From an uncultured Clostridia bacterium (GTDB lineage: Bacteria; Bacillota; Clostridia; Oscillospirales; QAMX01), in the NCBI GenBank assembly GCA_944376195.1, contig CALWBW010000005.1, forward strand, positions 5,941-69,940: a stretch of DNA of 64,000 nucleotides. The letters are read 5' to 3'. Each line of letters opens with the position of its first letter. The first letter of the stretch is position 1. Below are positions 57,074 to 64,000 of the stretch, piece after piece. Both the position numbers and the translations under genes were made by a program. The notes under the pieces were generated by a model that was not told the origin of the DNA, made no database searches, and saw only the letters and a program-made list of their open reading frames with translations.

Positions 57074-58201
57074 TCAAATAACGGCGGCTGCACGTGCAGC
57101 CTGGTCTGCTTCGAGCACATCTTCAAGCTTTGAGATAGGAGCATACGCAACGGTATCTAACGCGCGGGCAACCAGTTCCGGAATACGGCCGAAGGGAATG
57201 TCTCCCCGCAAAAACGCTGCAACAGCCGATTCGTTGGCTCCATTGAGTACGGCACAGGCATTCCCACCACGCCGGATTGCCGTATAAGCGAGCGCAAGAC
57301 AGGGAAGTGCGGAAACATCCGGTTTATAAAACGTGAGTTTTGCAAGAGACGCTAAATCAAGCGGCCGAACAGCCCCTGGGAGTCTTTGAGGATAGGTCAA
57401 TGCATACTGAATCGGCAGGCGCATATCGGGGTTAGACAGCTGCGCAATTACGCTGCCATCGCAAAATTCTACCAGGGAATGAACGATACTTTCCCGATGG
57501 ATTATTACCTCAATTTGATCCAGGGAAACATCGTAAAGATGCATGGCTTCGCATACTTCAAATCCTTTGTTCATCATGGAAGCGGAATCTACTGTGATTT
57601 TTGCCCCCATAGTCCAATTGGGGTGACGCAGCGCCTCTTCTTTGGTAAACGAATAGGTTTCGTCATATGTCTTCCCGAAAAAAGGACCGCCTGATGCTGT
57701 TAAATGAATTTTCGCAATTTCGCTGTGACGTCCGGCTGCCAGACATTGAAAAATAGCGGAATGCTCCGAATCAACGGGTAATATGGAAACCCCGCGTTCT
57801 TTGGCTCGCGGCATGACAAGTTCCCCGGCGCACACAAGTGTCTCCTTGTTAGCCAACGCGATTTCCCGTCCGGCGTCGATTGCGGCGAGTGTCGGACGCA
57901 AACCCGCAATGCCAACCATTGCCGTGACTGCTGTATCCCCAAGGCAAGCAGCTTCGCAGACAGCGGAATCCCCGATGCCGACACGAATTGAGGTGTCGGT
58001 CAGTCGGAGTTTCAAATCCCGTCCGGCGTCAGGATCCGCCACGGCGACAAATGCCGGGGAAAACTGGCGCGCTTGAGCTTCCAAAAGCTGCGTATTGTGA
58101 TGTGCGGCCAGCGCCGCAACAGGAATTTTCAGGCGGGAGGCCACATCCAGCGTTTGTGTGCCGATAGAGCCTGTCGAACCTAAAATTGAAATTGTTTTCA
58201 T
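57074..58201 (-). CDS. dxr: 1-deoxy-D-xylulose 5-phosphate reductoisomerase
   Basis: ILGSTGSIGTQTLDV, LANKE, VDSEHSAIFQCL motifs. Confidence 0.95.
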   Translation of the reverse strand: MKTISILGSTGSIGTQTLDVASRLKIPVAALAAHHNTQLLEAQARQFSPAFVAVADPDAGRDLKLRLTDTSIRVGIGDSAVCEAACLGDTAVTAMVGIAGLRPTLAAIDAGREIALANKETLVCAGELVMPRAKERGVSILPVDSEHSAIFQCLAAGRHSEIAKIHLTASGGPFFGKTYDETYSFTKEEALRHPNWTMGAKITVDSASMMNKGFEVCEAMHLYDVSLDQIEVIIHRESIVHSLVEFCDGSVIAQLSNPDMRLPIQYALTYPQRLPGAVRPLDLASLAKLTFYKPDVSALPCLALAYTAIRRGGNACAVLNGANESAVAAFLRGDIPFGRIPELVARALDTVAYAPISKLEDVLEADQAARAAAVI

Positions 58202-59004
58202 ACAATCACCGTAAAATATTGTAACAGCAGTTCCAAAAAGGGCGCCGTAAATAAAACGCTGTCAAATCTGTCTAACACACCGCCGTGCCCCGGCATGATG
58301 GTACCATAGTCTTTGATGCCGAAACCACGTTTTATGTACGACATGGAAAGATCGCCCACTTGAGAGATAATCGAGCCTGCCGCTGCAATTATGGCAAGGA
58401 GAGGTAGACGGTAAGAAATCCCCCAAATTTCCTGTGCAACGAAATGATAGGCAAGCATCACGGCAATGCATCCCAAAATTCCGCCAATGGATCCTTCCAC
58501 CGTTTTTTTGGGACTGATCTCCGGAATCAATTTGTGTTTTCCAAAAGCGAGTCCGGTAAAATAGGCAAAGGTATCTGTAATCCAGGCGGCAATAAAGGGA
58601 AGAAGAACGAGCGATGCCCCACCTTCCATTGCTCGAATTCGAACAACGGATCCCAAAGCCATCGGAATGAAAATGACGGTAAAAAACGTACCGAATATGG
58701 CAGAACATTGGATTTTCCCTTTGGAGACGATGGCGATGAAAAAAAGAATGACAGCAACCGGTACAACAAGCGCAACGAAAGGAAGAGAAACGTAAAACGT
58801 CAGGGGGATGGAAACGGTTGACAACCCAATTGCACAAATAAGAAGTACAGGACTGGTAACAAGTCCGGTATTGTGGAGCATTTCATAGGTTGCGAGTCCT
58901 GCGAGGAGGCCAAACACCACGGGCAAAACCCATTCCGGAGTAAAATAAACCACCAGGAAAAATAGGGGTAACGCGACCAATGCAGCGACAATTCGCTTTA
59001 ACAT
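58198..59004 (-). CDS. cdsA: phosphatidate cytidylyltransferase
   Basis: Multi-pass membrane protein. CTP-transferase-1 signature SYIKRGFGIKDYGTIMPGHGGVLDRFDS. Confidence 0.9.
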   Translation of the reverse strand: MLKRIVAALVALPLFFLVVYFTPEWVLPVVFGLLAGLATYEMLHNTGLVTSPVLLICAIGLSTVSIPLTFYVSLPFVALVVPVAVILFFIAIVSKGKIQCSAIFGTFFTVIFIPMALGSVVRIRAMEGGASLVLLPFIAAWITDTFAYFTGLAFGKHKLIPEISPKKTVEGSIGGILGCIAVMLAYHFVAQEIWGISYRLPLLAIIAAAGSIISQVGDLSMSYIKRGFGIKDYGTIMPGHGGVLDRFDSVLFTAPFLELLLQYFTVIV

Positions 59005-59021
59005 AACGTTTCTCCTCTTTT

Positions 59022-59789
59022 TTACCGTTTTTCAATACCGCCATAACGGCGGGAACGGCCTTGATAATCGGCAATTGCACGGAATAACTCTTCCTGATCA
59101 AAGTCTGGCCACAACACCGACGTAAAATAATATTCCGCATAGGCCGACTGCCATAACAAGAAATTGGAAATTCTTAATTCTCCTGACGGCCGTATAATGA
59201 GATCTGGATCAGGAATTCCCGCTGTATCCAGACAAGCGGAAAAATCCGCAGCACTGATTTGTTCGGGATTAAGCTCTCCATTGCGCACTTTTTGCGCTAA
59301 AGTTTGCGCCGCCCGAACAATCTCAGCCCGACCGCCATAATTTAAACAGACATTGACATGCAGACCGGTGTTTCCCAGAGAAAGACGATCAGTTTCTCGA
59401 ATTAACTCCCGGATATCTTCAGATAACGGCGCGGTATCGCCAATAATTTTCAGTGTGATATTTTTTTTGGTCAATTCTCCGCAGGCTTCTATTAGATATT
59501 CTTTGAAAAGCGACATGATTGCATCGACTTCGTTTTTTGGACGGGACCAGTTTTCGGTCGAAAAGGCATATACGGTAAGATATTTCAAGCCAATATCGTT
59601 ACAAAGTGTTGCAATCCGGCGAAAATTCTCACTGCCTGCACGATGTCCGGCAGTGCGCGGTAATGCGCGGGCAGTTGCCCAACGTCCATTACCATCCATA
59701 ATGATCGCAATATGCTGAGGAAGACGCGAAAAGTCGGGCGTAACCGGCTTTTCGCGTCCACCGAATATCCGTAGGTTTTTAAATTTCAC
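59022..59789 (-). CDS. uppS: isoprenyl transferase (undecaprenyl diphosphate synthase)
   Basis: HIAIIMDGNGRWA, YAFSTENWSRP, RTSGE-like IIRPSGELRISNFLLWQSAYAE motifs. Confidence 0.95.
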   Translation of the reverse strand: MKFKNLRIFGGREKPVTPDFSRLPQHIAIIMDGNGRWATARALPRTAGHRAGSENFRRIATLCNDIGLKYLTVYAFSTENWSRPKNEVDAIMSLFKEYLIEACGELTKKNITLKIIGDTAPLSEDIRELIRETDRLSLGNTGLHVNVCLNYGGRAEIVRAAQTLAQKVRNGELNPEQISAADFSACLDTAGIPDPDLIIRPSGELRISNFLLWQSAYAEYYFTSVLWPDFDQEELFRAIADYQGRSRRYGGIEKR

Positions 59790-59794
59790 AATCT

Positions 59795-60349
59795 TTAAAC
59801 CTCGATCAATTCTTTTTCCTTTGCAGCACCAAGCGCATCGATGTCTTTAATGTAACGATCCGTAAGCGTTTGAATGTCTTTTTCGATATCGTTATAATCG
59901 TCTTCCGTAATTTCCGATTTTTTCTTTTGCGCCTTAAAACCATCCATTGCGTCGCGGCGGATATTGCGGATGGCAACTTTGGATTCTTCACAGAGCTTGT
60001 GTACTTGCTTAACAAGTTCACGACGACGTTCCTCAGTAAGCGTGGGGAAGAGAAGACGGATGACACGTCCGTCGTTTTGTGGGTTAATACCAATATCAGA
60101 TGCAAGAATGGATTTTTCAATTGCCTTTAGGATACTGGCATCCCACGGCTGGATAGCGAGGAGTCTGGGTTCCGGGGAAGAGATAGAGGCAACCTGGTTG
60201 ATAGGCGTCTGCGTCCCATAGTAGTCAATCGTAATGCGATCAAGAACTGCCGGGTTGGCGCGTCCTGCGCGGAGCGTGGAAAACTCCTGTTGCAGAACCT
60301 CAATTGTTTTTTTCATTTTTGTTTCCTGATCTTTGTATTCACCAGCCAT
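59795..60349 (-). CDS. frr: ribosome recycling factor
   Basis: ORF 59795..60511. ATG 60349 has AAAGGAGA upstream. ..LRAGRANPAVLDRITIDYYG..., 184 aa. Confidence 0.95.
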   Translation of the reverse strand: MAGEYKDQETKMKKTIEVLQQEFSTLRAGRANPAVLDRITIDYYGTQTPINQVASISSPEPRLLAIQPWDASILKAIEKSILASDIGINPQNDGRVIRLLFPTLTEERRRELVKQVHKLCEESKVAIRNIRRDAMDGFKAQKKKSEITEDDYNDIEKDIQTLTDRYIKDIDALGAAKEKELIEV

Positions 60350-60383
60350 GATAGTATCTCCTTTCCGTTCAATCACAAAAATT

Positions 60384-61103
60384 TTATTTTTGCACGATAG
60401 TACCAACATGTTCGCCCATAACGGCACGATAGACATTCTCCGGATCATCAATGCCAAACAATAGCACCGGAAGATTGTTATCATAAGCCATGGTCGCCGC
60501 GGTGGAATCAATTACGCCGAGATGTCCTTCCAAAATGGAATCAAAAGAAACAGCGTCAAACTTTACAGCGTCAGCATATTTATGGGGATCCTTATCATAC
60601 ACACCGTCGATATTTTTCGCCAGCAACGCGATATCAGAGTCTGTTTCGATTGCACGCAGGATCGCTGCCGTATCTGTTGAAAAGAAGGGGTTACCCGTTC
60701 CACAGCCGAACACGACAACGCGGCCACGCTCTAAATGGTGGATTGCACGCAAACGGATATAGGGTTCCGCAAATTGCCGCATCTCAATGGCCGTTTGCAC
60801 GCGTACCTCAAGACCGTGCTGTTCCAAAACATCTGCAAGAGCCAGGGCATTAATCGTCGTTCCCAGCATCCCCATGTGATCGGAACGGGTACGATCAATT
60901 TTCCCGGAACCGCTTCGAACACCGCGCCAGATATTTCCCGCACCTACAACAATACTGACTTGAACACCTTCGTCCACACAACGTTTTATGATTGCAGAGA
61001 GATGATTGAGAATATCGAAATCAAGACCGGTCTTCTGCGCACCGGCCAAGGCTTCGCCGCTGATTTTAATCAGGACACGCCTGTATGTTGGTTTTGTCAT
61101 CGG
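60384..61103 (-). CDS. pyrH: UMP kinase
   Basis: ORF 60384..61124. ATG 61103 has GAGGTGAG upstream. YRRVLIKISGEAL, VVGAGNIWRG, FSTDTAAILRA motifs. Confidence 0.95.
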   Translation of the reverse strand, partial: PMTKPTYRRVLIKISGEALAGAQKTGLDFDILNHLSAIIKRCVDEGVQVSIVVGAGNIWRGVRSGSGKIDRTRSDHMGMLGTTINALALADVLEQHGLEVRVQTAIEMRQFAEPYIRLRAIHHLERGRVVVFGCGTGNPFFSTDTAAILRAIETDSDIALLAKNIDGVYDKDPHKYADAVKFDAVSFDSILEGHLGVIDSTAATMAYDNNLPVLLFGIDDPENVYRAVMGEHVGTIVQK

Positions 61104-61355
61104 GCTCACCTCGTAAAACAACAAATTTGCCGTGCGGACTAGTCCGCAGTCCCTTTTTATTTTACCGCAATTATACCCATTTGCATAGAGGGTACGAGCA
61201 ATCTTTTGAAAAAATTCTGTTACAAAACGGCGGATGCTTAATTACCTGATTGCTTTAAAAGGAAAGAATATGAGATTTAAATTCAGATCGAAATTGCTGA
61301 CGTTTTTGTTTCTAAATGCATATGATGGAGTGATTTCAAAACGACGGAGGTTAGC

Positions 61356-62444
61356 ATGAGCTTTGATTATTATCTTGGGGCAAACACCCCGAACGGTTTT
61401 ATTTCCTGTTTTGAAGAGATGACAAACGCTGTATCCCGGCTGTACATAATCAAGGGCGGACCGGGATGTGGAAAATCAACGGCAATGAAACGAATAGCAG
61501 CGCTTTGTGAGGCAGCCGATGTAGCGGTGCAAAGAATCTGGTGCTCTTCGGATACGAAATCTCTAGACGGTGTCTATATACCGGAATTAGATACATTGTA
61601 TGTTGATGGTACAGCGCCTCATGTGATTGAACCCAATTGCCCTGGTGCGCGGGATGGAATACTCAACTTTGGGGATTTTTGGGACTCTTGTGCACTGTTG
61701 GCACAACGATCGGAAATTGAACGAATTTCCCGGGAAATTTCTCAGTGTTATCTGCGCATGTATCAATATTTAAGTGCAGCGGGGGCCCTTGCGAAAATTT
61801 ATTTTCAACAGGTGCGACAATCGGTCGATCTTGAACGGATTTCCCGGCGCGCCAGACGAATCAGCGCGCAACAAATTCCCGTCCGTCGTGGAAAAAACAG
61901 AGGACGGCAGATTCCTGTTTATCTCAATACTTTGTCGCCTGATGGTCCGGTCTTTTTGGGAGTACCGGAAGATTATACGATTTGTGAAGTCCACGACGGA
62001 TACGGCCTTTATTCATTTGTAACAGGACCGGTTTTAGAACATGCATTGACGTCTGGTTATACAGTCTATGCTGCACACGATCCGCTTTTCCCCAATACCG
62101 CACCATTACATCTCGTTATCCCAGAACTTCGCTTTGCGCTTCTCACTTCCGGCGGAACTTTTGGCTGTCCCCCTACCGGACGCCGGCGCATCCGCCTGGA
62201 TATGATGACGGATGGCAGCGAGTCGAAACCCGCTGCCATCCGCAGAAAAAAAGATCGATTCTGTTATGATCAGTCCATTCAAGCCGCATGTGAGGCCCTC
62301 ACCGAAGCAAAACTTCTGCATGATGAGCTGGAGGGGATTTATCGTCCTACCGTAGATTTCTCACGGATTGACGCGTTTATGGATCGTCATTGCGAGGAAC
62401 TTCTGGAAAAACTCACGCATAGAAAACATGATTGCCAATCGTAG
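61356..62444 (+). CDS. uncharacterised P-loop ATPase (resembles the PRK06851-type family of Firmicutes)
   Basis: MSFDYYLGANTPNGFISCFEE..., Walker A GGPGCGKST. GGAGG lies upstream. The C-terminal 32 nt overlap the convergent hydrolase gene. Confidence 0.6.
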   Translation: MSFDYYLGANTPNGFISCFEEMTNAVSRLYIIKGGPGCGKSTAMKRIAALCEAADVAVQRIWCSSDTKSLDGVYIPELDTLYVDGTAPHVIEPNCPGARDGILNFGDFWDSCALLAQRSEIERISREISQCYLRMYQYLSAAGALAKIYFQQVRQSVDLERISRRARRISAQQIPVRRGKNRGRQIPVYLNTLSPDGPVFLGVPEDYTICEVHDGYGLYSFVTGPVLEHALTSGYTVYAAHDPLFPNTAPLHLVIPELRFALLTSGGTFGCPPTGRRRIRLDMMTDGSESKPAAIRRKKDRFCYDQSIQAACEALTEAKLLHDELEGIYRPTVDFSRIDAFMDRHCEELLEKLTHRKHDCQS

Positions 62445-63225
62445 TTACGTACGTACGGTTTTCCGCGATCCAATTACTCGTTGCCTTATCTGGATTAAAG
62501 AAATACAGGCAGCCTTCTACGGCAGTTTCACCGTTTAAAGCCCTTTTTGCCGCTTCATACGAATCTTCATCGGGCGTATTGTAGATCGTCCCGTTTGCAA
62601 CGGGCTCGTATTGAATGCAATATTGATCGTCAAAAATCACACCGTAAATGGTATCGGGAAATTCATCCGAGGCGACACGTTCCAGTATGGTGTTTGCAAC
62701 TGCAATTTTGCCCTCCATACTTTCGCCTCGCGCTTCGGCATAGACAATACGGGCGAGCCAGTAGAGCTCATCGTCTGTATAAGCAGATGCGGCATTCTCA
62801 TCGCTCGCATGTAAATCATTGGAGTCGGATTCCTCATTCTGCACTGTGAGAAGATCTAATGTTGCAGTTGCGGTGTCGCCGTTCCAGTCGGCAGAACCAT
62901 TGAGCGCCTCCGCAATGACACGTACCGGTGTATATAGTGTGGAATCCCGTGCAATGCTTTCCCCGTTGCAGGGAAAAGCGGCCCGGACAGAATCGGAAGA
63001 AACAATCGCGGTGCGGGCGTCGGAATCCCATGTAACCGTATAGCCAAGGTCTTCACAGACAGCGCGAAGGGGGACGTAAATCCGGTTTTCCGAGATGAAA
63101 AACGCGCCCGTGTACGGATCCCCATTGATCTCAAGTGTTGTGCCTGCGGCCAGGGTGCTGGTGGCCAGAACTCCGGAAAAGAAGGCGCTTAGCAGTCCGG
63201 TTACAAAGGTTTTCTTGCATTTCAT
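62413..63225 (-). CDS. SleB-type cell wall hydrolase with N-terminal copper-amine-oxidase-like (stalk) domain
   Basis: Signal peptide. ..RIYVPLRAVCEDLGYTVTWD.. (Cu_amine_oxidN1-like). ..LARIVYAEARGESMEGKIAVANTILERV...YCIQYEP.. (Hydrolase_2/SleB-like). Confidence 0.8.
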   Translation of the reverse strand: MKCKKTFVTGLLSAFFSGVLATSTLAAGTTLEINGDPYTGAFFISENRIYVPLRAVCEDLGYTVTWDSDARTAIVSSDSVRAAFPCNGESIARDSTLYTPVRVIAEALNGSADWNGDTATATLDLLTVQNEESDSNDLHASDENAASAYTDDELYWLARIVYAEARGESMEGKIAVANTILERVASDEFPDTIYGVIFDDQYCIQYEPVANGTIYNTPDEDSYEAAKRALNGETAVEGCLYFFNPDKATSNWIAENRTYVTTIGNHVFYA

Positions 63226-63340
63226 GGAATTGCTCCTTTCGGGTTGATGTTGCCATTATAAATTACAAAGTGGTTACAAATCAATGACAAAATATTTCCA
63301 ACAACCGAAAAGTGCAGGTTTCAGCTGGAAAAATAAAAGA

Positions 63341-63378
63341 AAAAACCCATGCCGTTTTTGAACTCGGCATGGGTTTTG
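63341..63378 (-). terminator. intrinsic terminator after the GDPD gene
   Basis: Minus strand AAAACCCATGCCG-agttcaaaaa-CGGCATGGGTTTTTTC. Confidence 0.65.
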
Positions 63379-63386
63379 ATCTTTTG

Positions 63387-64000
63387 TTATTCTTGTCTCA
63401 TTGAAAGCAAAACGTCGGCACGATTGGTCAAAATGGTATCCATGCCGAGATCTAGTAATCGTTTTGCCTCGTATCGGTCATCTGCCCAATAGGCGTTGCA
63501 GATCATATCATATGAATGCGCACGATCAATCAGCGCACGGCTGAAATACGGTTTATGAAACTGCACGCGCCGGCATGCATAACGAACGGCGTAATCCACA
63601 ATATCCGGACCGGAAGCCGACCTGGGAAGCAGAGAGCACCGCATAATATCCGGCGCAGAACGAAGGCAAAGGCCGAGCTGTTCGTCCCGCGCGGAAAAAT
63701 AGGCAGAATCCGTGGCGTCATAGTGATACAAAAGACGCCGCAATTCGGCAGGTACGTCAAAATCCGGATGAAACTCCGCAATATGGATGTTCATGACCAC
63801 GCGTCCGGCGTAGCGCTCAATAATTTGCTCCGGTGTGCAAAAGCCAACATACCAGTTGATGTAGGAACCAGCGTTAAAGCGCATCAGCGCGTCAAGTGTA
63901 TAACTTTCCACTGCGCCCTTTCGATCGGAAACGCGGTTTATGTCATCATCGTGGCAGACCACCATTTTTAAATCGGAGGTAAGGCGGACGTCAAATTCAA
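63387..64000 (-). CDS. glycerophosphodiester phosphodiesterase family protein, C-terminal part; the N-terminus lies beyond the window end
   Basis: ORF 63387..63965 begins at an internal Met. The frame stays open to 64000 (..EFDVRLTSDLKMVVCHDDD..), matching the GDPD E-x-D-(V/I)-x-x-T-x-D ... HD motif region. Confidence 0.8.
   Translation of the reverse strand, partial: EFDVRLTSDLKMVVCHDDDINRVSDRKGAVESYTLDALMRFNAGSYINWYVGFCTPEQIIERYAGRVVMNIHIAEFHPDFDVPAELRRLLYHYDATDSAYFSARDEQLGLCLRSAPDIMRCSLLPRSASGPDIVDYAVRYACRRVQFHKPYFSRALIDRAHSYDMICNAYWADDRYEAKRLLDLGMDTILTNRADVLLSMRQE

Overview
This is a 64-kb chromosomal segment, about 50% GC, from a Gram-positive, spore-former-type Firmicute. Its gene content looks like Clostridia/Oscillospirales: PolC, SigH, a SpoVB/MurJ-like flippase, an SLH-domain muramidase and a Bacillus-type long SRP RNA. 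The content is almost all core housekeeping in conserved syntenic blocks. These blocks are: (1) metQ-metN-metI; (2) larE-larB-larC (nickel-pincer cofactor synthesis); (3) SRP RNA-dnaX-ybaB-recR; (4) ruvC-ruvA-ruvB-sigH; (5) pgk-tpiA-gpmI-yajC; (6) pyrH-frr-uppS-cdsA-dxr-rseP-ispG-polC. Scattered metabolic genes include Fe-ADH, citrate synthase, fructokinase, ribokinase, pyridoxal kinase, adenine deaminase, trmL, dCMP deaminase, ogg, YgiQ radical SAM and an RluA-family pseudouridine synthase. Envelope proteins include VanW, a SleB-like hydrolase and a solute-binding lipoprotein. There is one tRNA-Ala(GGC) and one SRP RNA. I found no CRISPR array, transposase, integrase, phage gene or recognisable defence or toxin-antitoxin system, and no convincing novel multi-gene system. 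The observations most worth a second look are regulatory or translational. First, the metQNI operon has a roughly 325-nt leader with a Met-Cys-Met-Cys mini-ORF and an intrinsic terminator where an S-box or T-box would be expected. Second, the RseP/M50 protease HExxH motif lies upstream of any ATG/GTG/TTG start. Third, a promoter-to-terminator small-RNA-like unit sits ahead of a CNNM/CorC gene. Fourth, the larEBC cluster has no larA in the window. Fifth, there is a small group of uncharacterised Cys-rich proteins around ogg. Several ORF-track starts were moved to internal starts that have Shine-Dalgarno support. All function calls come from motif recognition by eye; no database search was run.
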